64,000 bases of DNA, from the NCBI RefSeq assembly GCF_009834535.1, contig NC_045701.1:60016001-60080000 (forward strand), in the 5' to 3' direction. Of this stretch, positions 13,440 to 25,024 are shown one piece after another. The DNA is from Camelus ferus. Taxonomy: Eukaryota. Both the position numbers and the translations under genes were made by a program. The notes under the pieces were generated by a model. It saw only the letters and a list, made by a program, of their open reading frames with translations, was not told where the DNA came from and made no database searches. Each line of letters opens with the position of its first letter. The stretch's first letter is position 1.

Positions 13440-15165
13440 ACCTTTCTTAAATAGACGTTTTGTTTTAGAACAGTTTCAGATTTACAGCAAAATTGGGACG
13501 ATAGTACAGAGACTTCCCATACGCCTCACGCCCAGGTTCCTCTATCATTAATGTCTTATGTTAGCCTGGTACATTTGTCACAGCTGATCACCCAATAATG
13601 ATACATTATTACTAACTAAACTCCATTGTTTGTTTAGATTTCTTTAGTTTTTCCTCATGTCCCTTTTCCCGTCCAGGATACGATGTTATATTTAGTTATC
13701 ATGTCTCAGGCTCCTTGAGACTGTCACAGTTTCTCATTTTCCTTATTTTTGGTGAGTTTAAAAGCTTGAGGAGCACTACTCAGGTATTTTGTAGAAAATC
13801 CTTCAATTTGGGGTTGTCTGATGTTTCGCTTGAGGTTAGACCAGAATGAGGGGTTCGTGGGGAAGACGACCAGAGGCCAAGTGCCATCTTTCATCACATC
13901 CCATCAATTACGTCACTACGCATTACGTACACACAGCCTTGCAGACAACTCACTGCTGTTGATATGACCCTTGATTGCCTGGATGAGCTCTTGTGTGTTA
14001 GGTTTTTCCCATAGGTTGCTCTTTCCCCTTTTCCCATCCAGTATTTTTTGGAAGGAAGTCACTATGCACAGCCTGCACTTAGGGTGTGGAGTGTTACAGT
14101 CCACCTCCTGGAGTGGGGGGCAGTGTGTACACACATTATTTGGTGTTCTGCTTGCAAGATTTCCCCCTCCTGTTTATTTATTCAGCACTTTCTTTAGGTC
14201 CACATGGACTGGTGGATATTTTCACTTCAGGTTGTAAGCCAACATTCCATTATTTCATTGCTCCAACTGTTCCAGCTTGGTCTTTGGGAGCTCTTTTAAT
14301 AAGCTCCTGTGTCCCTTGATGACACGGACCCATCACTGTGGTTTTTTTTGTTTTTTCTTTGTGCACTTTATTCCTTCCAGCACTACATGATGCTCCAGGC
14401 TGATTTTGTGTGTTCCTTGCCCCAGCCCTTGAATCAACCATTTCCCACAGAGCACCAGTTCCTTTTGGCGGAGGATGGTATTAGAAACCGCGGTCTGGGC
14501 ACTGGGTGTCCTTGTTGATCCTGGAGTGTCATTGCTTCTAGGTCCTCTCAGCAGACATTGCAAAGAATGAGATGTGTATATACTAAGCCTTGTGTGTGTA
14601 CACATATCTCTTAAGTATTTCTCTCTATATTAAGCCAAATGTGAGTTGACACTGATGTCTTCAACTCCCATAGCTAGTACAGGGATTGTTCTAGCCTTTC
14701 TCCCTTGCTGGTCTGCAAATTCCAGCAATGAAATTTGCTTCCCACCACCTGCCATCCATTTACTTACACATGTAGTGGTTTCAGAATGGTTAACTGGTAC
14801 ATCCTACCCCCACCCCTCAACTTTTCCAGCTAGAATTCAGTGCTTATGTGAAGTTTCTTTTGCCTTTAGTCTTAAGAGTCTCCACTCATTTCCAGAGTTA
14901 CTAGGTCAGTGCCTTTTCCCTTCCTCCCTTCAGTGAGGTCATCTCATATGTTTTGAGTGCACTTGATTCTGGAGTTGTAGTCTCTGCTCCATCCAGGAGA
15001 TCTCTGATCTCCCTGAATGCTTTTTCTCTAATTGCATACATTCAGGTTCACTGTGCTGTAAAGTTCTACGGGTTTTGGTAAATGCTTAGTGTCCTGTATC
15101 TGTCGTTACATCATCATACAGAATAGTTTTACTGCCCTAAAAAAATCCCTTGTGCCAATGAAGCA
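13440..15165 (-). mobile_element. Old L1 (L1MB/L1MC class) 3' UTR
   Basis: ttagaacagtttcagatttacagcaaaattg...ggtacatttgtcaca...tacagaatagttttactgccctaaaaaaatccc. Confidence 0.8.
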
Positions 15166-15839
15166 TTTTTAAGAGCTTGAAAGTGTGGCTAGGTGGAAGA
15201 AATAGGAATGAACATTAGAAAACAGCTTCTCATGAGAAGGCAAGGGCTGGTGGGGCCTTGTTTGCTGGTCTAAGAGAAGGCAGAGCCTAGAGGCCAGAGG
15301 ATGTGTTCAGGTTAGAGTCAAGTGATGTGACTGAGGAAAGAGTGTGGGGTGGATTTTTCACTTCAGCAAAAAGCTTCCAAAGAGTCCTAGTTCAAGTACA
15401 TCTAATTTAGATCTGGGGTGGGAGGTTGGGTGGTGGACATCCTGTCTCGGGCCTCTCTTCTTTCTTTCCAAGCCCTACGGTGGTCTCATCTCGCCCTTTG
15501 GTTTAACATCCTGCCCAGAGTCCTGCCAATCAGTTACCTCTGAAAGCAGTTATGTTTTGACTTCTAAGTGATGTTCAGAAACTTGTGTGCTGTCAGACTG
15601 TCCCCTGGCTGAGGCCCTAGTTGGGTTTCAGCTGTGGTTGTGAACTAGTTCCTAAGAGTAGGCAAAGTTGGTTTAGAAAGAAGTGAGAGAATGGGATAAG
15701 TGAACTTGAGTAAACCTTCTTGGGTGGCAAGTATTAATTTATCAGGTTTTTCGAAAGCCGTAAATGTGTTAGGATTCTATTCACAGGGTGGGTGGGAATG
15801 GGACCTGAGGCCCTAAAATCCAACACTAGTTCAACCTGC

Positions 15840-15990
15840 TCGTTAAGTCATTTACCTGCCACCCCTACCCCGGTGACTATGCAGTACAGCAGGGATGACG
15901 GTGCTGTAGTTTCCCCGGCTCATAGGGCAGTTGTGAAGATAAGTGGGAAAAAATGTGTGAAATTGCTCAGGGTACCCAAGGTAGATGGAG
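15840..15990 (+). mobile_element. MIR fragment
   Basis: ctcatagggcagttgtgaagataagtggg...tgtgtgaaattgctcagggtaccc. Confidence 0.65.
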
Positions 15991-17240
15991 TGCTTTTCTG
16001 CATCCTCTTCCTTCTCCTTTGCTGGCTCTGCTTTCTCCCATTCTCTCAACATGGCTTTGGTCCCTGACTCAGCTCTTTGAACAGTACCCTCTGTCCTTGG
16101 GGTCACTGTCCTGCGATTCAGTTGTCTTTATTGTTTGGATGACGCCCACAACTCTGTCTAGCCCTCTGTTGTAAGTTGCAGGCCTCATCTGTCTTTTTAC
16201 CAAACACTTCTACCTCAATGTCTCCTTAAAAAACCAACATATTTAAAACTTAGAGTCATCCTGAATCAACTGACCTTCTAGATTCTCTTATTTCTTCCAG
16301 GATAAGTCTTCCAGGCTTCCCAATCCTGGAACCCTTTTTGGTCTTGCATCCTCCCTAGCCCTTGGCCGACAAGTCATACTGAGCTCCTCCTGTAATGTTT
16401 CCTTGCTGTCTCCTCCATCACCAACCTGCACCATTGGAATAAACTCTCAACTGTGTCCTTTATCCCTAGTCCAGTCTACCCTCCTCTAGCTTATCTTCCA
16501 GCCTGTCCTTTCCTATTGCTAGTCTAATTTTTCTTAAATTTGAACTGTGCTAAGCATCCAAAGCACAACATGCATTTCTAGCTTTACCTTCCCACTTAAA
16601 CTGTTTAACTACATGTTCCTTCCTGCTCCCAGGCTGTTTCCTCTCCACCTCTCCCTCCTTATCTTGACAGGGGAAATTTTAGAAGGGGAATTAAACTTGC
16701 AGTTGGAAGGGACAGAGATATGTATGGACTTTACCTAAGTATGAGGAGGCCCTTTCCACTACAGCTGCTAAAGATGAGCGGGGTATCATGGAAGAAGCCC
16801 AGCTGTTGCCTCCCAGTACCCAAGCCTCCTGGAGATCCCATTAAAGCCTTTGCCCTCCTCCACCTCTGCAGCTCAGGGCTTCTCTTCTTTCCTGAAGCTG
16901 CTTCCTTCCATGGCCCATGATACCACCCTTGGGTAAATCCTCTCACCCCTCGGATTGCATCCCTGGTACTTCTTTCTTCCACCTCCTATAAATGAACTTG
17001 TATTCTCATTTCTCCCTTTCCTGTGCTCTGTCTTGACAAGTTTCAGGTTCTTAGTGATCACCTTTTGAGAAAGATTCCTAAAAGAGAACTGCAGCCTGAT
17101 CTCCACTCCACAGTTTGTCTTTAGTTCTATCTTCTTGCCAGATGTTTCTATTTGGGTTCCTTTGTGTCCAAATTCGAACTCATTTCCTTCCTTCTAAAAC
17201 ATGTTCCTTCCCCCTGAGTTCCCTAGTTGATTAATGGAAA

Positions 17241-17465
17241 CAGAGGTTAGCAGACTTTTTCTGCAAAGGGCCAGCCAGTAAATATTTTTGGCTTTGTGAG
17301 CCATAAGGCCTCGGTCACAACAGCTCATCTCTGCCCTCGGGGCACAAAAGTGACCATAGATAATATGTAAACAAAAATAGGTGTCGCTGTGTTTCTATAA
17401 AACTTTACTTACAAAAACAGGCAGTGGGCTACAATTGGCCTATGGGCTGTAGTTTTCTGACCCTG
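17241..17465. mobile_element. MER58A-like hAT-Charlie MITE
   Basis: cagaggttagcagactttttctgcaaagggccag...aaactttacttacaaaaacaggcagtgggc...gtagttttctgaccctg; the ends are imperfect TIRs. Confidence 0.88.
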
Positions 17466-18051
17466 ATCTGGGTCACCCAGGCCTCAAACTCAAGATTCCT
17501 TTGACCTTGTTACTGCTTTTGTTTACCCGCTTCATATGATTTTAATTTCTGCGGAGTCCACTCTTATGAACCTTTGCGTATTTCTAGACCACAATCTCCC
17601 TCAGTCACTGGTCTATTAGACAAAACACACCTTTTACATGTTAACTGTCCATCCATTTACATAATCAAAAACCTCCACCCACTCCCCTTGGTCTGCATAG
17701 TAAGGTTCTCTAAGTGCAGCTTTTTCTATAGTTTTCCAATAACCTTTTCTTACTCCTCTATGTGGATACTCTTCCATCCACACTGGTTTAGCTTGTGTTC
17801 TGATACTGGTTCTCTCTCTGCTCACCATGTGTTCACAAAGGTCTCCCCTCCCACTTACTGAAACTTGCCTTCGGACCTCGACTCAGGCCTCAGCCCAGCT
17901 GAAGCGCCGTCCCCACCCAGTGGTTGCTCCTTTTCTCCATCTGAAGTACTTTTCATGTTGTCCATACCGGTTCTGTGGAGACTGCACTGGGCAGTGTTTT
18001 GTATCTTTGTGGTGTTCCTACATCTCTATCTGAACTTTAAGAAGCTGTTAA

Positions 18052-18191
18052 AAGGAAGGTAGGTGTAGCTCAGTGGTAGAATGCGTGCCTAGCAAGCATG
18101 AGGTCCTGGGTTCCATCCCCAGTACCTCCATTTAAATAAATAAATAAACAAACATAATTACCTCTCCCCAAAACACAAACAACAACAACAA
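18052..18191 (+). mobile_element. Camelid tRNA-Ala-derived SINE with 13-bp TSD
   Basis: A box TAGCTCAGTGG at 18066-18076; B-box-like GGTTCCATCC at 18109-18118; A-rich tail; TSD aagaagctgttaa at 18039-18051 and 18192-18204; tt|aaga target. Confidence 0.93.
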
Positions 18192-18249
18192 AAGAAGCTG
18201 TTAAGGGTGGCCCAGGAGATGCTCAGTTGACACGGTTAACAGTCACACA

Positions 18250-18750
18250 GAGAATTCTCTCTCTTTCCACCATAGTAGTCCATCCCTTTGGAGTCCCTGT
18301 CTCGGTTAGTGGCACCAAGATTGTCATTGGCCCTGGGGACTGTCTGTGACCACTTCTCTTTCACCTTCCACCCCATCTCTGATTACAAAGTCTAGCTGCT
18401 GCCTCCTCCCCTGTCTTTCCCTGTGTGTCTGCCCCCCTTCCCATCCTCTCTGCTGCTGGCTCCGCTCAGGTCACCTGCATCCTTCACTAAGACTGCTGGA
18501 AGGGCCTTCAAATGTGGATCCCCCCACCGGCTTCTCCCTCCTTATAACCTCAGCACCCTGTCTGTAGGGGGGCTGTCAGGTGGGTATGATCCTGTAACTT
18601 TGCAGATTGAAATCCCCAGTGGCTCCCCATTGCCCTGGGATATGGACTAGCCTCCCAGCATGCCAGGAGGTCACTTTTGATCTGATAGCCTTTCCCCTCC
18701 AGTTTCTGACCTGTCTCGTGTACACAGACTGTATTCAACCACGTGCAACC
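18250..18750 (+). mobile_element. L2 fragment
   Basis: ctcggttagtggcaccaag...ctctttcaccttccacccc...ctcaggtcacctgcatcc resembles the L2 3' region. Confidence 0.55.
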
Positions 18751-20053
18751 CTAATGGGTTCTCTGTGCATTTTCACCTACTTCCCCTCTGTCTCCCCTTC
18801 CTGGAAAACTACTACCTGTATTTCTAGATAGGGCACAAATGTCCTTTCTTCAGAGTTCTCCTCTCTCCTTCCCTCTGGAAGACCAAAAGGAGTGAAAGTG
18901 TCACAGGATAGCCACGTGAGAGACCTTGAGCTTGGTGTATTTTCTGATGTTCCGTCAGATTCACAGTCACCTACAACTGACCCAGAGCCTGAGCAATGAG
19001 AAATTAGAGAGACAAGTCTATAAAGCATCTTGAATGCTTTAAAGTATGCTGTGTATAGCTTTGACTTCTTCCTTGCTTTGGTTTTGCTTTATTCCTCCAT
19101 TACGATGTAGAATAATTCTAGATTTATTTATATCCTTTTTTTTTGAGTGACATCTTCTGTGGCAGAGCTTACTAGACTCTCTACCTCCTAATATTTCTCC
19201 CTTCTTGTGGGAGCTTCGCCTCAGAAGGCGGCTCACAGTGGGGCTGACGGCTCTCCCCAGACAACCCACAGAGGCTGTGAAGAAGGAAGGGGGCTGTGGA
19301 GCCACCGAGGAGGGTTGGGGGCGGGGCATGTGTGACTTCCTCACCTCCAGCCACAGTCTAAAGTCCTTCCCTTTCATTTAATACTTCATCCTGGCAAGGA
19401 CAGAGCATGTTCTTTTTCTAGGAGGGTCTATGGGCCAGAAAAGAGCAGGGTGGAGATCATGTAGAAAGTGCCCCTTTAAAGCGTTCTTTGATGTGGGGGA
19501 CATAGTTACTGTGTTTCCTCTTTCACTTGAGGATCTGTTCTGGCACTGAGGTCCTGGTGCGGGGGCAACACCTTATTGGAGGAGAAGGTGCCTTCGTAGT
19601 CCTGGAGGGTGCTGTTCTGTGAGTCCTCTGCTGACTTCCAGGGTGGGTATTTGCCTTCAGAAGAGCTTGGCCCACCCTTCTTGGTCCACCAGGAGTACAG
19701 CAGCTCTGGGTCTCCTGGCTGGGCAGATCCCCTCAGAGCCTGTCATCATTCGCAAAGAAGCTGTTGGGTGGGCCTTCCGGCGCAGAAGTAAACTCCCTAG
19801 GAGGTAAAGAGGGGGGAGCTGTAGTGCAGTGTGAAGAGCCTAAGACATCCTTCATCTAATTTATGTTTTCAGCCCCTCCCATACTGGAGTCAAAGATTGA
19901 GAGAAACACACACACACACACAGCACTTACACAGCGAGACCGTTTCTGTCTATCCTTAGCCTTCTCCTTGGCAGAGAAAAAACATTCTAGTCCTTAGAGA
20001 TACACAGCCTGGACTCTTTATTCCTGATTTTTTGTTTTGGTCAGAGGAACTTT

Positions 20054-20608
20054 GAAAAACTACTCTTTTTTTTTTTTTATTGACTGAATATGAAGGAATT
20101 TATTACTAGACAATGTAAATTTTAATATATGTAGATTTGTGTGTGTATATTTATATATACATGAAGTGTATACAGATATGATTTGTTACTTTTTTTGAAT
20201 TTTATTTTATTTTTTTAACATTTTTTATTGATTTATAATCATTTTACAATGTTGTGTCAAATTCCAGTGTTCAGCACAATTTTTCAGTCATATCCCATGC
20301 TCTTGGATTGGAAGAATCAATATTGTTAAAATGGTCACACTGCCCAAGGCAGTCTACAGATTAAATGCAATCCCTATCAAATTACCCAGGACATATTTCA
20401 CAGAACTAGACCAAATCGTAATAAAATTTATATGGAACCATCAAAGACCTAGAATTGCCAAAGCATTACTGAAGAGAAAGAAAGAGGCTGGAGGAATAAC
20501 TCTCCCAGACTTCAGACAATACTATAGAGCTATAGTCATCAAGACAGCATGGTATTGGTACAAAAACAGACATACAGACCAATGGAACAGAATAGAAAAA
20601 CTACTCTT
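20054..20608 (-). mobile_element. Young L1 insertion with 3' transduction, short L1 3' end and inverted ORF2 segment, bounded by a 14-bp TSD
   Basis: TSD gaaaaactactctt at 20054-20067 and 20595-20608; poly(T) 20066-20078; non-L1 segment about 20079-20189; L1 terminus (minus) about 20190-20292; ORF2 (plus) 20292-20597. Confidence 0.92.
20292..20597 (+). pseudogene. L1 ORF2 fragment (post-RT region), open frame of 102 codons
   Basis: [32 protein letters not shown]...[37 protein letters not shown] is unmistakably L1 ORF2p; overlaps track ORF 20331-20693. Confidence 0.95.
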
Positions 20609-20837
20609 AACACAAAAGAGTTGGACTTCTGCCAGGAGGTACACTTTTTACACTAGGACGGGGGGGGGGGTACTGGGCTGTGAGCTGAAATAATTCTAAA
20701 CTGAAATTTACAGTGATTTTGTGGGTATGCTTAGCTGGGTGTGGGGAAGGGTCATCATGAGGCTTAAGTGTGCCTTTTAGAGACAGACTCATCAGTGGTC
20801 TTTACTTCCTCTGGAGTTCAGAACCTGTTTCTGGCTT

Positions 20838-20940
20838 GGAATCATAGACTGTTAGATATAAGAAGGGGCTTAAAGCCTAGTCCACTTTCATTGTCTGAGT
20901 GCAGAAGCCAGGTGACCTGCCCCCAGAGCTGTGGTCACAA
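20838..20940 (-). mobile_element. MIR3-like fragment
   Basis: gaatcatagactgttaga...agcctagtccactttcatt...aggtgacctgccccagag. Confidence 0.55.
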
Positions 20941-22214
20941 CCTAGGGCTCTGTCCCCACCATCCTCTTTGATTGCACGGAGGGTCCAGACTTAGCGTGAT
21001 GATGATCTAATCACTGACTAAAGATGTTGTTTTCCTTTGCTTTAAACTACAGTCAGATTTGACAAGTCTCACTTTTCTGTTCAGCTTTTGCCATCTTCTT
21101 TTCCTGATTGTTTCCAACCTGTGGTGCTTCCCAGTGTGCTTTTAACACATAAAGCTTGTCTGATGATTATAAGTGATGAAAACAGAAAATCAGCAGGGGT
21201 GTAGAATTTGCCTCATTCACCCGCTTTTCCTTTAAACTCCTTCCCGTGGTGAGGGGATGTGCTGGGTGTCCGCAGCACATGACACTGACTCGAGTTCTCC
21301 AGGCAGCTGACTAACAGGACCCAAGCTGCCCACTGCATTTTCCCGGCCCCAGCACAGACCTGCTGCGCTGGCCAGCTCCTGCCTTGTGCCCCTGTCTAGA
21401 GCCATCAGGCCACACCATCAGCCAGTGCCACTCCCATTGGCCTTGGCAGCGTGGAGGCGAGGCTGGAACACCGAGGCCTGGCATTTGGCAGGGAGCACGC
21501 TTAGAAGCTGAGGGCACAAGTCTAGCCCAAGTTCCCAGGGAGCTAGGTGATATGACTGACCTAACATGCCCAAGCCCAGCCACCTAGCCGAGAATCTGAA
21601 CATCACATATGTCTGACTCTGGGTGAACCTTCTACCTTTGCCCAAAGGAAGGATTGGGTTTTTTCCTTTGAAGATGTTAGATCCTTTTGCTTAACCCAGG
21701 CTGAGATGAATATTAAGCAGCCAGAAGTTTCCTGTCTGTGATCAATTCTAATGCCTTTTGTGAAGGGAAATGGTTGTAAATTATTACCAGTTAATTAAAT
21801 GAGTGTTTCCGTTGGGTCCTGTGTGCAGGCTTTTATCCAAGCCTGTTTAGAATCATGGAGCATTAGAGCTGGAGAGGTTTTTAGACAGTCCTCTTGTTTC
21901 ATGGGCAAGAAGACCAAATCAGGGATATAAGTGACTCACCCAACTTCTGCAAAGTGGTGCCGAGGGAAGGGAAACACTGGCTCAGGGTGTGTGTGAGAGG
22001 AGGGGGTGCTGGTGACCTGCTGGCACATCAAGCTAGCAGAGTATGATCCCCAAGCAGTGGGCCTGCGTGGTTCATATGCTCCTGGTTTGCCTTGGAGCCA
22101 TCTCGAAGTGCTTTTATATTTTATGAAGTGCTGTTAGAGTATTTATTACAGGATGGAATACTATCATTCCTATTTTATGGGTGATGACGTTGAGGTGTTC
22201 AGGTGACCTTCCAG

Positions 22215-22870
22215 TTCAGCTCATTAGACCACATCAACAGATGTTTGCTGAGTGTTGACCTGGTTCAGGGAACTCTGCTGGGCCCTTTGGGGAATATAAA
22301 AGTGTCAGATCCCACTGGAGTAGAGCTTGCAGACTTACTGCAAGAGATGAGATGTAAGTCTATGCAGTTTCATGTAATTGTTCAAGGGCAGAGGTAAATA
22401 CTAAGATAATGATCGAGAGGGGAATTTTGAGACTGGAGGGGTCAATGTGCATGTCAGGATCTTCCTGGCAAAAGTTGCTTCCTTCAGCTCCTGTAGCTAC
22501 GTCATCTTTGCCAGGTGCACTCCGTTGCTCATTCCTCTGGCAGCCCCAGGGAGCTTCTCTGGGGAATCCTGAGCACCTGGCAATGGTCCTGACCCCAGGA
22601 GTCATCCAGTCAAGGTTGGGATGAATGAGAGGGGAAGAGAGAAAGGCTTTCTAGGCAGAGACAGCAGCATGAGTGCAGGTGTGGCTGTACCACAGTGAGG
22701 AGACGGGTCTGACTGGAAGAGCAGGTTTGAAGCATGGAAGTGTGAAAAAGAGGTTTGGGTAAATTAGTGGGGAGGCAGTAAGAGGGGAGCCCGCGGTGCC
22801 CTGGAAAGCCTGGTGAAGCAGGGTGAGCTTTCCTCTGAAGGCACTCGGAAGCCACTGGAGGCTTACATGG
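22215..22870 (-). mobile_element. L2 fragment
   Basis: caacagatgtttgctgagtg...ctctgctgggccc...ctctgaaggcactcggaagccactggagg. Confidence 0.65.
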
Positions 22871-22929
22871 AGAAGAGTTGACAAGAGTGGCACTTTGGGA
22901 AAGCCATTTGGGCAGTGAGGTGTAGACAG

Positions 22930-23215
22930 TTCTGTTTGTCTTTATAACATAGAAATTTTACATTTGGGTGCAGTCCAATTTATCTTTTTTTTTTTTTGGT
23001 CACTTGTAATTTTGATGTCACATCTAAAAAGCCATTGCCTAAGGTCAGGAAAATTTATCCTCTGTTTTCTTCTAAGAGTTGTACAGTTTTAGCTATTTTA
23101 GGTCTGTGATCCATTTTGAGTTCATATTTCTATATGGTGTGAGGTAGGGGTCCGCCTTTATTCTTTGGCACGTGGAACCCTGTTGTCCTAGCACCATTTG
23201 TTAAAAAGAGTATTC
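22930..23215 (-). mobile_element. Old L1 ORF2 fragment
   Basis: gtccaatttatc...tttaggtctgtgatccattttgagtt...ctagcaccatttgttaaaaaga. Confidence 0.85.
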
Positions 23216-23239
23216 CTTTTCCATGTAGTTGTCTTAGTA

Positions 23240-24285
23240 CTCTCCTGCCCCTTTCTAATACTTCTCTATCACCTGTCTTATTTCCCTTACCTGTCCCCTG
23301 GCAACCGCTGATAGGTTTTCTGCCACAATAGAAACTATATAGTCATGTAAAACTATATGTTGTCTTGCCTTTTCTAGGCAGAATGTACTCTTTTTCGTTT
23401 GACTTCTTTCATTTAGTATTCTGCCATGCTGTTACATGCATCAATAGTTTATTCTTTTTATTGTTGAATACTACTCCATTGTATAGCTATATCATTTTTT
23501 TTTAAAAAAGCCCTTGTAATCATTTGCATACATATCTTTGAACATATGCTTGCTTTATTCTTGACTAAATACCTAGGAGTTGAATGGCTGGATCAAATGG
23601 GAGGTGTGTGTAACTCTTTAAGAAAATGGCTGACTGTTTCCAAAGTGATGGTACCATTTTACAGTTCTGTCAACAACATATGAGAGTTCCAGTTGCTCCA
23701 CATTCTTACATTTAGTGTGATCAGACTTTTTAATGCTAGCCATCCTAAGAGGTATGTATTGTTACTGCACTGTGGTTTTAATTTGCATTTCTGTAATGAT
23801 TAATGATGTTGAACTTGTTTTCATATACTTATTTGCCATCTTTATATTATACCTTCTTCAGTGAAATGAAGTGATGGAGCCCATTTTTTAAAAAAGTTTT
23901 CTTACTGAGTTTTTTGTGAGTTCTTTATTCTGGATACAAGTGCTTTGTCAGATATGATTTATACATATTTTCTCCTGATTCGTGGCTTGTATTTCATTCT
24001 CTTGACAGTGTCTTTCAAAGAGTAGAAATTTTAATTTAGATGAAGTCCAGTTTATTATTTCATTTTTTTCATGGATTGTGCTTTTGGTTTCATATCTAAG
24101 AAATATTTCCCTAAACCAAGGTGCCAAAGATTTTCTCTGATATAATTTTCTTGAAGTATTAAAGTTTTCAGTTTTATATTTAGGTCTTCAATCCATGTTG
24201 ATTAATTTTTGTGTAAGTTACAAGGTATGAGTTGAAGTTCACTACTGTGCATATGGACGCCTGGTGGTTACAGCACCATTTGTTT
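23240..24285 (-). mobile_element. Old L1 (L1M) ORF2 3' end and 3' UTR
   Basis: aaatacctaggagttgaatggctggatc...gagagttccagttgctccacatt...tgtggttttaatttgcatttc...cagcaccatttgttt. Confidence 0.88.
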
Positions 24286-24879
24286 ACACTGAGTTTTGGT
24301 GATTTATCTATTTGTGCATAAGAATATCATTTTTCAAAGATCATTGCTTTCTGGGTTTTGACAAGGGCCCACGAGTCACCCTCCTCACTAATAGAAGAGG
24401 TCTGTAGGAAAGAGGGGTTTGCATATTCACTTCTCCCTGAATGACTGTTACAGAAAGAATGCTCAGTGCATGGATTTCTGTGTAAGACCTCCTTAGCCCT
24501 CTGACCTCAGCTCTGTCCTGGTGGACATTCTGTAAGTGCCTTAGATGGTGACAGGTTATCCCAGGACCTGATTTGGCCATAAAGCTGAGGAGGAGGGTGA
24601 CTGAATGACTGGATTTGGGATCCTATCTGCCTTGGGGCCAAGAACAACCAGGTGAAATTTCACAGAAAAAATACAGAGCTCTTAGGATTTGGGGCCTAAG
24701 CACTGCACAGGATGTGGGAAGCAGAGCCTCACAGCATATGGAAAAGATGCAAGGGTTTTAGCTGATGGCAAGCTCAAGCTGGACCACTGGGGTTTGTCCA
24801 AGTGTTTACAAAGTCTGTAGCTGTATCACTACGGGACGCTGTCAGTGTTGAAATCCAGGTTGGTGATAACCTTGCTTTG

Positions 24880-24985
24880 CCTTGTTAAGGTTTGGTTCCA
24901 CCTATGGGCTGATGTTCGCTCTTTAATGGGGATGTGGAGAAACTGGAGCGTGTCTGGAGGAAACTGATCAGAATGGTGAAAGACA
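24880..24985 (+). mobile_element. L3/CR1 LINE fragment
   Basis: ggggatgtggagaaactggagcgtgtctggagg...aatggtgaaag resembles the CR1 RT 3' region. Confidence 0.6.
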
Positions 24986-25024
24986 AGAAAAAGGAGGAAA
25001 AGCTGCTTGGAATATCCATATGTT

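Noticed and set aside
18056-18130. Apparent tRNA-Ala(AGC) gene
   Set aside because: It is followed by an A-rich tail and flanked by a 13-bp TSD, with mismatched stems and an altered B box. This is a SINE head.
20331-20693. 120-aa ORF as a host gene
   Set aside because: It is L1 ORF2 up to WNRIE, then reads through the TSD into flanking DNA. It is a chimeric artefact of the insertion.
22930-24285. Apparent local duplication (22930-23215 vs about 24000-24285)
   Set aside because: Both are the same ORF2 region from two diverged old L1 copies; similarity is too low for a recent segmental duplication.
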